Origin: Octopus bimaculoides
Lineage: Eukaryota
Assembly (NCBI RefSeq): GCF_001194135.2
Contig: NC_068989.1
Coordinates: 46,413,322-46,447,806, forward strand
Length of the DNA stretch: 34,485 nucleotides
Reading direction: 5' to 3'
The notes beneath the pieces are model-generated. The model was not told where the DNA came from. It saw nothing but the letters and a program-made list of their open reading frames with translations, and did not search any database. Below are positions 1 to 11,340 of this stretch, in pieces. A program made the position numbers and the translations under genes. The number at the start of each line of letters is the position of its first letter. The stretch's first letter is position 1.

Positions 1-1499
1 TATATATACACATACATATAACGAAAATGAGAGGGGGAGATACATACATATGTATGCGTGTGTATATCTGCGCATGTTTTGCAGTATATATATATATATT
101 TTTTTCTCTTCTGTGATCACTTTCAATACAGATTAGTGACGAACTCATCCGGAATATCATTAAGTTCTCTTTGTTGTACGAATTAATTTAATCATTCAGG
201 AACAGCAATTTTTACAAACGAACATTTCAGTGACGAATGGAAGATGTATACATTATAAGATCCGATGGATCTTATAATGCATAACAACGTAAATTTATTT
301 GAATTGAGCTGTAATGCCGGTGGTTTAATCAATGTTTAAAATACAGTCAATGATTCTGTTTCGTTATTAGCTTCCTAAACGTTTTTAAAAATACGAACGT
401 TGTTACAAAAAATTGTAGTCATATATAAATTGATATTTCTTACTTTTGCCCGTAGTCAAAAGCGACTTGATCGAAAATAAACCAACAAAAGTCGTAAAGC
501 GCAAATGGTGACTAAAATATTATTGTTTATGATGTATATTGAAATAAATCTGTTAAACAAGATATAGAGCAAATTAAATGAAGTGGCCTGAAGACGATAT
601 AATAATGGTATGGAAAATATACGTGACGGAGATTTCCTCTGTTATCAAAAGGAAATAATAATTGGAAACCATTCAGAACGTAGATAATTGGTAGCGACTT
701 CTCAAAAGAATGGTACGCTTTCCGAATTATAATAATATCTAATAATAATAATAATAAGAAGAAGAATATGAATCACGCAAATAGAAAAACCGTAAAGTTT
801 TCCTAAACATATCACAAGGAATAAATATTATTCCTTTCCCAAGGGGAACAGACAAAAGGCGAAGAGCATTTCTCCATACGTAACATCGCCAACATTTATA
901 AATGAAGATAAAAACGTCTGAAAAATAATCAATGAAAAGTGTATAGTTTGGCAAAATGATAATGAGAGTGAAGAGAATAATAACAAAGGTAAAAGTTTAC
1001 AAGACTATTCAAAAAATCTTGGCACGGAATTTCTATATATTAGCTAAGATCTTGCCAAAATGCAAGATGAAGAGGGGGGAAAAAAGCAAAATTAAATATA
1101 ATGAAGAATGCGAATCTTTGAAATTCATAAACGAATGAAGTATGAATAAAATCATATCGAGTTTTCTAGATAAAAATACAGCAAAGTATTTTTCTGTATT
1201 AATTTGATCTGTAGGAACTGTCTGGGCACGTGGTCTTCAGAGGCCCTCCAATGCCGGTATGATTAATATCGTTAACTTTACGCTTAAGTTGTAAGCCAAG
1301 AACTGTAGGAAAGCCACGCGGAGGACAGCAGTTCCAGAAATCTACATTTCTTCCGAAAAATGTCATGGCTTACTGTTTAATGCAAGGTCCACTGGGGTTG
1401 AAAAGAAAATGTTTTGAATTTTATTAGTTTTGGGGTTTATCATACAAATTAGAGTTATTTCCGTATGTAAACAACAAGCCAGATTATCGATGCCAAGTA

Positions 1500-2850
1500 T
1501 ACTACACGTTTGCCAACCTTGAATATCAGGCTGACGACTGAAAACATGTGACAAGTAGGATAGGATAGCTGTGGTCCACATAGACTTTGTCTGGTGTCCG
1601 TGAAAGGCATTCGAAAGCTCAGGAATAGCCAGTCGTATCTATACTCTGAGGAGGAAGGCTTGGGGGTTCGCGTCATCTTGAGTCACCATGCAACAGAAGT
1701 TGTGATTAACTGGAGGCCAGTGAATGAAGTGATCATCACAGCAAGTTTCAGCACTACACATGCTAAGGTAACAGTTGTACACATCTGCGCCCTGACAGAT
1801 TTGTGATGCAGGAAGAAAAGGACGTTTTCTGTAACCGCATACAAATTATCCTAGAAAGTTTACCATGATATGACATATAGGTGGTGATAATTGATATCAA
1901 TATTCAAATGAACAGGGACAAATTTGGATTATTATCCAACTGCACAAAAAACAAAGATGAGAGATTGCTGACGCTGAATGGTCGCTGTGAGCTTAATGGA
2001 GGTAACCTTAGCTGAGAATCATTTACATAAAACTACATGGACTTCACTGTCTGATAACGTCAGCAATGCAATGAACACATTGGGATCAGTACCAGGTTCG
2101 GTCTTCATTGCAAGATGATCACGTCAGAGCAATATGTATTCAGACTACAGTTTAAGTCTTAGAACGGTTGGCTTGAAACTAAGGAAGATAGAGACGGCAA
2201 AAGTCTGTAGTGTCTCTTGCAAAGAAAATTCTCAATCAGACACAAACTTCAACAAGATTACTTGAGACACTGAAGATGTTACCATGTTTAGAGAGTGGGT
2301 CCGATCCTTAGAAGCAGTGGACTCATTTCCAACAAGTCATGGCGTCAAGTGCCGGTGCAGAATTTGGACGCAGAAAAGGGAACATCCACAAAAGATGGAT
2401 ACCCGTTTCCAATTGTAAATTAACCGACAGACTAAAAAAAACTAAAATTAATAATCGCCAGTTAAGAGTTACTGTTGGTAGATGTTGGTAATGAGCGAGG
2501 AGTAATAAACAAGGTGGCTATATTTTCGCGAAGTGCTGACCCAGCCGGCTTCACTCGACCTCTTCAACAACACCGATAGAGATATTTGTTAGATCACTCA
2601 TAAGTGACAGATGAGGATATCACAACGGAAAAGTCACTGAAGCCAGTCAACCCAAGGCAACAGAGCTAGATGAGATAACAGCAGAACTACTTCAACATGG
2701 AGGACATGCCACTTAGAAGAGTTAGGATATATGTGCAAATTAATCTGACTCGAAGAGGAATTTGTAGAGGCATTGAATGATAGAGTGATATTGTCATTGC
2801 CCAAGAAAGGAGCTCTAAACGAGTTCATCACCTGGTATGAAATAAATACT
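1500..2850 (+). mobile_element. Degenerate RTE-clade LINE (APE endonuclease to start of RT), many stops and frameshifts
   Basis: Manual translation gives APE motifs: LPTLNIR (~GTWNVR), YLYSEEEGLGVRVILSHHATEVVINWRPVNEVIITASFSTTHAKVTVVHICALT (ORF 1594-1806), EEKDVFCNRIQ, HKTTWTS. Near 2630-2835 it gives KATELDEITAELLQHGG...VILSLPKKG, the KAPGxDxIxAELLKxGG...LPKKG start of RTE RT. Confidence 0.85.
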
Positions 2851-3394
2851 GCTACTGTCTGTCCTTGGCAAAGTGTTCTGCAGTGTCCTCTTTATCTATC
2901 TGAATACGGCAGTTGAATTTTTAAGCTTCAGGAATGGTAACAATAATCGATTTTACTTTTCTCTACCTGAAATTACTTTTACGTTATTGCTGCTCATATA
3001 TACACCTTGTTAATTATCTAGCTTGTCAACCTGTTTCATTCTGATCCTTATTATTTTTATGCTTGACCAGCGGCCAGTCACATTCCGTTACAGACTCATC
3101 TACTAGAAAACAAGACGACATCTACCCTCTTCACTCCCACCATTTACCAACGAAACTCATTCTGTAAGTAACATAATACTTTTCCTTTTACCTCTTATAT
3201 TCTTTTCTTTCTCGACGAATAGCTCTTTTTTGTAGACGTTGCACCTGTTTCCTTTTACTCAAGGTGAATACACTAATCTTAATTATTTATTTGTTTCTTG
3301 TTTTTGTTACAAATGTGTATCTATTCTTAAATGATTCATTTTGTCTCAAATAATACTTCACCATTCTACCAATAACAAAACTTACAAACATATT

Positions 3395-3608
3395 GGTTTC
3401 AAATTTTGGCACAAGGCCAGCAATTTTGGGGGATGGGGAAAATTAGGTTTTGACTCCAGCACTTGAGTAGTATTCTATTTCATCGACCTAAAAGACTGAA
3501 CGGGAGAATCGAACTCGACGGAATTTGAACTCAGGACATGAAGAGTCAGAAGAATTACCGCTAAGTATTTTGTCCGAGGTGCTAAATCTTCTGCCAGCTT
3601 GCCGCCTT
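3395..3608 (-). mobile_element. tRNA-type SINE, family A (head AAGGCGGCGAGCTGGCAGAATCGTTAGC)
   Basis: Reverse complement aligns by eye with the + strand copies at 15947-16164 and 27588-27799, including the B-box-like GAGTTCAAATTCC. Confidence 0.8.
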
Positions 3609-3616
3609 CAAATTAC

Positions 3617-3796
3617 TTTGAAATTGGCACAAAGCCAGCATGTTTAGGGGAAGAGTTAAGTCGATTACATCGACCTCAGCAATCTACTGGTATTTATTTT
3701 ATCGAGCTCGAAAGGATGAAAGGCAAAGTCGGCCTCAGTGGAATTTGAAGTCAGAATTTTCCCGGCGTGCTAACGATTCCGCCGGTTCGTCGCCTT
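3617..3796 (-). mobile_element. tRNA-type SINE, family A, second tandem copy with internal deletion
   Basis: Same family and orientation as 3395-3608 and directly adjacent to it. Confidence 0.8.
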
Positions 3797-6611
3797 AAAA
3801 AAAGCTTGTAAGCATATTGGAACTAAATAACATAAACCAACGAGTATCTTGTTAATGTTAAATGTTTGTTAATGTTAAATTTTTAATTGTTTACATACAT
3901 TCTACAATGTATTTACATCATACCATATTATTTGATCGATTCTATGTTTATTTATCTTCGTTTTACTAGCTGTTATGGGCGGAGAGTAATATAATTAACT
4001 GAGACAATATTGGTAGTTGTTTTATTCATCTCGGAGAAGAAAATTACTCATAACTGACCAGATATAAATTCATTTAATGCAAGATCGCCAAAGCTGATGC
4101 ATCGGTAATGTTAACTTCGACGATTTGAGACCTGAACGCTTCTGTCGGCAAAACAGATATAAATATGGTCCTCTAACTCAATGCTAACGTCGAACGATTC
4201 TTCAATAGAAAATTTGTTCTAAAAGATGGCTAAATATAACAAACTATTTCAGAATATCTCTTCGGGAGATTATGCTTCTACCTTGGATGATATTTTTGGA
4301 AACACGAATACAAGCATATCAGTATCTATTTTAATTCACAACGAATTATACGAAAGCAAAAAACGTAAAAGTTTGTTTATTCATTTCTAACAACTTCCGT
4401 TTATTTTAAGACAATATATCAAGAAACGATATAAGAATTTACATTTCAATTAATTACTAATTTCCATTTTTACAATTATTCTCCCTTCCTCTTTCTGTCT
4501 TATTTTCTGAATAATCGATATCATATGATGTTATCACTCTGTCGAGACATTTGTGTTTGCTAGCCCGAGGTGGAAAATCAAGCCATTTTAGAGTTTCTCA
4601 GAAGATGATACATGGCGAAGCAGACGTTGATACTGCAGTTAAAACTCGATTCTAAATAGCACAATCTCAATTCTAAATAGCACAGATTATTTATTGGAGG
4701 TGTCAAGGAAGCCTGTGGATTCGATCTAGAGGAATATTATTACTCGGAAGCAATAGCTGTTAAAATGTAGAAAATATATTTGAACTATTAATAAACGATA
4801 AAAATGTTGCGAGAAATAGAGACCATATTTTTTAATCTTGACGTGAGAAAGGTTTGAACTCATATAGTAAGCCAACAATCTATTAAACAGTTATACAACC
4901 AACCTATCACTAACTGCTGTGTGTTGTACCACTGTAATGTACCTATTTACAGAAAGATTGACAGTTGACTGTCTTATAATAGTCATAACACATTGCTATT
5001 GATATGACATTTTTGTTTCGATTTCAAGCTAAATAAAAATCAACTTGGCATGTTTACTAGAGTCTAAATCATTTATGTTTACATAGCAGATTTTGTAGGC
5101 ACGTCTAATTCGAAAGTTTTGTCTATCCTTGTCAGCACCTGCATATGTAGAATTTGTAATATGTAAAAGGATATTTTCTAATGCCGTTAGAATCATATCG
5201 AATTTGTTTCAATATCCCTACTATTATTCTTTGTAGTAGTTACATTGTGTTTACAATTATCGCTTACGCCAGCGAAGCAAAAAATCTGAGTTTATCAATA
5301 GCTCTTAGTCATCTGTTTCTACAAGTAGTTTACTCGGGTTAAATCAATTGAAATATAGCTCTTTTTACCTGAATGGAGACAGTAGCACATGTCTTATGTT
5401 AAAGGCAAACTTCATTGCTCACGTACAGAATTTAAATACAAGCATACAGACATGCAGAGATAAACAACTGCACACATTTACACAAACATAGAGAGAATCG
5501 TTCTAATGCTATCAATATGTTTTCTATTTAACTCTTAAAAGTTCAGAATGGACCAAACATAAAAGAATAATAATAATTTAACTGTAGTTATTTCTGTAGG
5601 TACGGCCAAAATTCTAAGTACATTTAACGTCAAGAAATTAAATCAGTTTCCTAAAGTAGTCTTATGTCTAGACTAGGATAAAAGACGGCAATACCTTTCT
5701 TAAAGTAGGAGACGATGGTGAGATTTTGTTCTAAACACTATCGATCGCATAAAAGCGTCAACTGAAGTCGATTTCTGAATTTGACATGTTACTAACTTTT
5801 CAATTCAATCTCTTACTGTCTCAGAGATGCTCTGCTGTTCCGAATCGATATGGAATTGAATAAAACTTTCTAAGCCACAACTTGAAATAATAAGAGAAAA
5901 CTTCGAAGAAATGTAGAAGTTGGGTAATAGAAACGACGTCGCTTGATTGTTAGTTGAGAGGAGGTCAAAATAAAAGAATATTGCTAATTTGGTGTTATTT
6001 AATAGATTATGCAGAAAATTTTAACTTAATGGAGAAAAAAGAAAACAAAAGCAAATAAAAAAAAGAAGAAGACATTTGTATGTATTTGTCTTTTGATGAG
6101 TTCAAAATATTTATGGACAGTGAATTGACTTTTCATTTCTCTCAGCAAAATTATTGATACTAATAATATATTGAGGTCAGACTAGTGTCTGTATTAATTT
6201 AGCTAAGAAAACATTTCTTTATATGCAAAATATAATTTCTCTCATATGCAGGCTTTCATAAATTTTACAAATTTAAATGAACAATGAACATCTATAATGA
6301 CAGACATTTATCAGCATATTAGTTAAATTTGGTTCAAAATAAATGTATCTTTGTTGGAATCAAGCCATGAATGTCACTAGGGTCTCAGTCGGTTAAGCTG
6401 AGAATGTATTTGCACCTAATTACGCAGGTCAGGGTAAGGTCTGTTTGTGGAAATCGATCACATGTCCACGCATATGTGTAACCGCTCACAATGCTGGTTA
6501 AAGCAAAACACTACCATTCTAGCACCAGTCTCGTGGCAGACGTAGCTTTCACGACGCAAAGGGCCAGAACACATATCACAAAGCATTTCGTTCGTTCCAC
6601 CAAACAATCGC

Positions 6612-6745
6612 CCTGGATTGTACTTTTTATCAAATCCGAAAGGACGAACGGTGACGTTGACTTCGACGCAATTTGAAGGCAGAGAGTCAGTAAAATTACT
6701 GCAAAACATTTGTCTAACTCATTAAGCGATTCTGCCGATTGAACG
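6612..6745 (-). mobile_element. Diverged family A SINE fragment
   Basis: ttttatcaaatccgaaaggacgaacgg...gacttcgacgcaatttgaa...gcgattctgccg resembles the minus-strand family A copies. Confidence 0.55.
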
Positions 6746-6894
6746 CTTTGAGATTGATGAAGAGAAGAACTTAGCTAATGAAAGGTTATTGAATTACGAA
6801 TACAATTAGAACTCATAACACACAGTGTTGTAAATAAATGATATCTATCAATTCTAGTTTTCAAAACCTAGAAATATCATCAACTTTTCAATGA

Positions 6895-7375
6895 AATCTT
6901 TGCCTGACATACATGAAATCGTAGAAGTATTTACTTGATATTGTAGAAATCTGATATTTTGGAGACAGATTAGGTTTACCCTGGCATTATGGGACACATA
7001 TACGTGGTATTTAAGGGGGAAAATTTACCTGACATTGTGGGAAATATTTGTCATTGTAGGAATCATTTCCCTGATGTTGTAAGATAGTTATATTTGACAT
7101 TATGGGAAGCATTCGCCTGATATTGTGAGAGACATTTGCCTGATATTGTGGGAAATAGTTACTGATATTGTGGAAAACTTTTATGAGATATATTAGGAAG
7201 TATTTACTTGTTATTATGAGGAATCATTTGCCAGAAATATTTACCTGATATTGTTGCAAACAGCTGCCAGTCATTGTGGAAAGTATTTACCTGACATCCT
7301 GGGAAATATTTACTTGACGTTGTGGATAACATTTACTTGATATTGTGGATATATATTCTCGGTAATGTGGAAAAC
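6895..7375. repeat. Degenerate ~23-bp minisatellite, consensus about ATTTACCTGATATTGTGGGAAAT
   Basis: Consecutive units such as atttacctgacatcctgggaaat / atttacttgacgttgtggataac / atttacttgatattgtggatat. Confidence 0.75.
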
Positions 7376-7569
7376 ATCTACCACACATTATTGTCAGAGG
7401 TAGGTATGGAATTAACAATCCGTGCAAATCAACAAAACATTGAAAACATACCTGACCCGATCAACCTCTGCATAGCACCCACTTGTCCACGGGAGTAGAC
7501 GGGAGGAAGCCAAGGTATGATATGTGTGGAGCTTTTTCACTTAAAAAGATTTCTGTGTCCAACGAGTCC

Positions 7570-7800
7570 CACAAACAAACAAACATCTCAGCAGCAACAA
7601 TGGCAACAATAGTAGCAACATCCATAGCGACTGCAACAACAATAGGAGTAGATGCTCCAAATGCAAGAGCAACAAAGGCAGCATCGACATCAGTGGCAGG
7701 AACAGCGGTAACACAGAATACCCAACACTCACTAAACCTCTCACATCATCAACAGAAAAATACCAACAATAGAACTCCCCAACCAGCACAACAACATCAT
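7570..7800. repeat. Degenerate (CAA/GCA)n low-complexity tract
   Basis: Recurrent gcaaca/caacaa triplets; they explain the Ala/Thr-rich ORF 7483-7944 and the Leu-rich antisense ORF. Confidence 0.6.
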
Positions 7801-8384
7801 TACATTTTCATCTGCAGGAAAACGAGAAGAGACACCCACTTCACTTCCACCAATTACCAATGGAGCTCATTCTACAAAGAACATAGTACTTTTCTTTCTA
7901 TAGTCAAACGGTTTTCGATTGTGGTCTTTTGTCTTCTCATTTAGATAAAGGTGGTGACTTGACAGGATCATTAGCGTGTTGGATATAGTGCTTCATTTTG
8001 TTTGTTCCAGCTCTCGATCTCTGAATTCATTTTATCTTTTTAGAGACAATAAAAATTCCCAGACAGGGAAGTGGAATACCGGGAAATCTGTCGTACAGTA
8101 TCTATTCTGATAGTTTGCGTTCCGACAGCAAACACCGACGATGATATTGCTGCCAAACGATATCAGACCGAGTCATTTGCTTTTCTCTTGAAGGAGGATC
8201 GATGGTATTTACATGCATGTGCAACTCTTAGTTTTCCTCTATAAATCTTGCCCAAGCCTGTGCATACAAACTGGTGAATCTGGAACACTTTTGACCGTAC
8301 AGGTAGCGTGTATCCAAAACAACATGATTTATTTCGACATTTTAAACCGACAGGGTGCAATTTGAGAGGGATCTTTCAGATATT

Positions 8385-8820
8385 TCTATCGTGTTGAATT
8401 TTATTTCAGGGCGCAAATAATGAATCGTAACTCAAAACCAGACAAACGCTAATTTAAATGGAGTTTTATACCCACGTTTGATAAAAACATCTTTCTCGGT
8501 CGTGCAGTTTTCCTTTTTATTGTTAGAACGTATAATATAAAAGCAACAGTTACACCTGATAAAATATGAAAAAAAAAAAGTTAATTAGATATATATTTTA
8601 ATATGTCGAGTTTCATTTCACGCGTAAATAATGAATCTTTACTCGAGACCAGACAAACGTCGATTTAAATGAAGTTTTGAAGCCACGCTTGATAAAAACA
8701 TCTTTCTCCAACACGCTCATTACCTTTTTTATTATTAAATAACAATATAAATACAACAGTCACACCTGATGAAATATGAAAAAAAGTTCATTAGATATGT
8801 ATTTTAATTAGATATTCATT
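8385..8820. repeat. Diverged tandem duplication, period about 211 bp
   Basis: aaataatgaatc at 8415 and 8626. Both units share ccagacaaacg, ttgataaaaacatcttt, cacctgat.aaatatgaaaaaaa and ttagatat. Confidence 0.8.
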
Positions 8821-9227
8821 ACAGTTTTTTTTTTACAACAGACAACTCTATTGATTATTAAAAAAAAAAAATTTTTTTTTTCTTTTCTTTTACTGGATCC
8901 GTCGAGTACAGTGGAATATTTCACAAATCAATGCACTAGACGCCAGTGTGAAATATCGAGAGAAATATAATAAACGGAACAATTTAACTAAAATATTCAA
9001 TAACATATTCTGAACCTATTTCTTATTCAATTACATTGTGTTTACTAATTACTTCCGTTTAAATCACATGTGTCTTTTAAGAAATTAAAGAAGAAACAAT
9101 AATAATTATGGCAATAAAACAAAAACAGCTTCAACAAAAGATGCAGCTTGAGCAAGACAAACAACTACATTGAAGTTATAATTAATATATAAGGCAGATC
9201 AAAAGCAACACCCAAGACACATTTACA

Positions 9228-9239
9228 CACACTCATTCA

Positions 9240-9285
<46 letters not shown>
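9228..9285. repeat. (CA)n microsatellite
   Basis: Seen directly. Confidence 0.95.
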
Positions 9286-9288
<3 letters not shown>

Positions 9289-9477
9289 GCGAACACACGC
9301 ACAAATTCGCAGGAACATACATACTCATACGTTCACACACACATATTTGCATATGCTACTTAGAAGAAAAGAAGAGACATTGGTCTCAGTGTGAGCCTAT
9401 TGAGCATTGCGATTGTATGTGTTTATATACTGTGAACGTCTGAATGTATGTATATGTGTGCATACGTACATATGTGT

Positions 9478-9537
9478 GTGATATCTATCTATCTGTCAGT
9501 CTGTCTGTCTGTTTGTTTGTCTAACTATCTATCTATA

Positions 9538-9589
<52 letters not shown>

Positions 9590-9661
9590 AACCTATCTGT
9601 CTGTCTGTCTGTATGTCTGTCTGTCTGTCGGTCTTTCTTTCTGTCTGTGTCTGTCTCTTTC

Positions 9662-9741
<80 letters not shown>

Positions 9742-9755
9742 CCTAGCTAGCTAGC
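9478..9755. repeat. Compound (TATC)n/(TGTC)n microsatellite
   Basis: Seen directly; source of the LSIY ORFs. Confidence 0.95.
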
Positions 9756-9954
9756 TGTGAATGGACGGTGGAAAAATCGGCTCTAAGTAAGTTGGCTTTT
9801 TTTGTGTAGAAAACGTTTTATTTGTGAAATATTTTTTTATGAAAGATTGCTCTAAAACCAACTCCTTCAATCCCAGTAAATCTTATAATAGGAAATTACC
9901 CCCACTTTAAAAAAAATTTTTCTTCCATTTCCTTGCCATATTTCTAAACGAAAA

Positions 9955-10268
9955 TGGCTAAGCCAAACCATGAAGCCAACTTCAGAGGCGAAGGAAGCTG
10001 AAACCAAAGCCGTTCCACTTGAACGCACACAGGCTTTAGAAAATACGTACAAAGAAGCGAATACGTTTACTACAATAAACACTGCGTCCACCACTGCTAG
10101 CACCGCCACCATCATCACCACCACAACCAACACGAATACTGAAAACAATTTTGCCGCAGCTTTAAAGCTAAAAAAAAAAAAAAAAAAGGATGTGCTTTTC
10201 GAAGAAAGAACTGCTTGCCTACAAAGCAAGTTTAAAAAAGACGACCTCACCATACAACTACAGACATC
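9955..10268 (+). mobile_element. Possible ORF1 N-terminus of the Tx1-like LINE
   Basis: ORF 9970-10308 has a low-complexity N-terminus, then NFAAALK...DVLFEERTACLQSKFKKDDLTIQL, and abuts ORF2 sequence. Assignment rests on position and recalled family resemblance only. Confidence 0.4.
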
Positions 10269-10491
10269 ACAGATAAGGATAGTGAGGGTTGTCCACAATT
10301 CCATATAGTCAGCTACACAGATAACAAATTTATGACCTGTACACTTGACTTAGATAAGACACATAGGCAGGGTCCCGGTTACTGGACGCTGAACGCGTCG
10401 TTCACGGCACGCCAGGCTTACAGGGATCGGATTAGCACATTAGTTAAGAAAGCATTGATGGGTGCTATCGTAAACAATAGATGGTGGTATG

Positions 10492-11340
10492 GGACCTTTG
10501 TGATTTGACGGGCAACATTTTTTTATGTAGTGTTTTGGTACCGAAACACTTTCAAACTTCGTATACTTGTATATTTTGTGGTATAGAACAGATAATAAAT
10601 TTTGTATTCGAAGTTATTTCACGTTAAAAATTGTCTTATTTCGATAATTTCAACTAATCACTGACGTCTACTCAGTTGAAAACAGTAAGTGATGTAACGG
10701 TGTATATGGTATTAATCCCCGTTAGTTCTGACATTTCCGATTAACTAGACTGTTCGTAAACAAAGGGGAAAAAGCCATCAAAATACTTGAATATTGCCTG
10801 CACTTGTTATTGGAGCTACCAGAATTATTAATGCACCTCCACCAAGTGCTTCATTTCCTAGAAATAGCAACCAAATCTTCTTCAAATCAAACTCTATTTT
10901 AGGGTTAGGGTTCGGGTTTTAGAGTTAGGGTTAGGGTTGGGGTTAGGGTTAGGGTTAGGGTTAGGGTTAGGGTTATGAGTGAGGTCATGGGAAAAATATA
11001 CACACACAGATACGCACAGCGTAATTTATTATATAAACAATATATGCGTATAAATTACGATTCAACCGGATGAAATATGTCAGGGGAATAACATTTTTCT
11101 TACCGGTCAAAAGCTACTGTTTAGAAAACAGCAGTAACTGTATTCAGCTGAATAGACGTCAGTGATTGGTTGAAATTACAGAAATACGACAACTTTAACA
11201 TGAAATAACTTGCGATGTACAAAATTTTGTTAAGAAGGTTAAGAGAAGAAGTTGTTTTATATGACACATTCTACCAGTGTCCTAAGTTTGAAAGTGTTTC
11301 GTTAAGAAAACAAATGTTGCCCGTCAAATCACAAGGATCC
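10492..11340. mobile_element. Non-autonomous TIR element (Merlin-like MITE), 849 bp, with internal (TTAGGG)n
   Basis: 8-bp TSD GTGGTATG (10484-10491 and 11341-11348). 29-bp TIR GGAYCYTTGTGATTTGACGGGCAACATTT with 2 mismatches, then imperfect inverted arms to ~200 bp. The Merlin label is inferred from GG termini plus 8-bp TSD. Confidence 0.9.
10899..10975 (+). repeat. Interstitial telomeric array (TTAGGG)n, about 12 units, 9 perfect
   Basis: Seen directly inside the MITE; variants TTCGGG, TTAGAG, TTGGGG. Confidence 0.95.

Noticed and set aside
440-1140. A/purine-rich, coding-looking stretch including ORF 956-1138
   Set aside because: All + frames contain several stops and I recognise no family motif; it may be an old TE but cannot be called.
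3050-3300. GTAAGT donor at ~3164 and a possible Penelope-like terminal motif
   Set aside because: No convincing open exon or GIY-YIG motif; resemblance too weak.
6458-6709. Cys/His-rich minus-strand ORF resembling a zinc finger
   Set aside because: Its N-terminal part is read from a decayed SINE and the Cys spacing fits no finger class I recognise.
7483-7944. 153-aa Ala/Thr-rich ORF, the longest non-microsatellite ORF
   Set aside because: Largely explained by a degenerate CAA/GCA tract; no domain. A minus-strand CAG|GTATGT donor near 7450 lacks supporting coding evidence.
9448-9750. LSIY, VCVC, HTHT and YIYI-type ORFs here and at 12686-13209, 18456-18774, 24338-25691, 26906-27127, 32023-32319
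   Set aside because: Translations of stop-free microsatellites.
10899-10975. True telomere or chromosome fusion site
   Set aside because: Short, internal, and enclosed by TIRs and a TSD; no head-to-head TTAGGG/CCCTAA junction.
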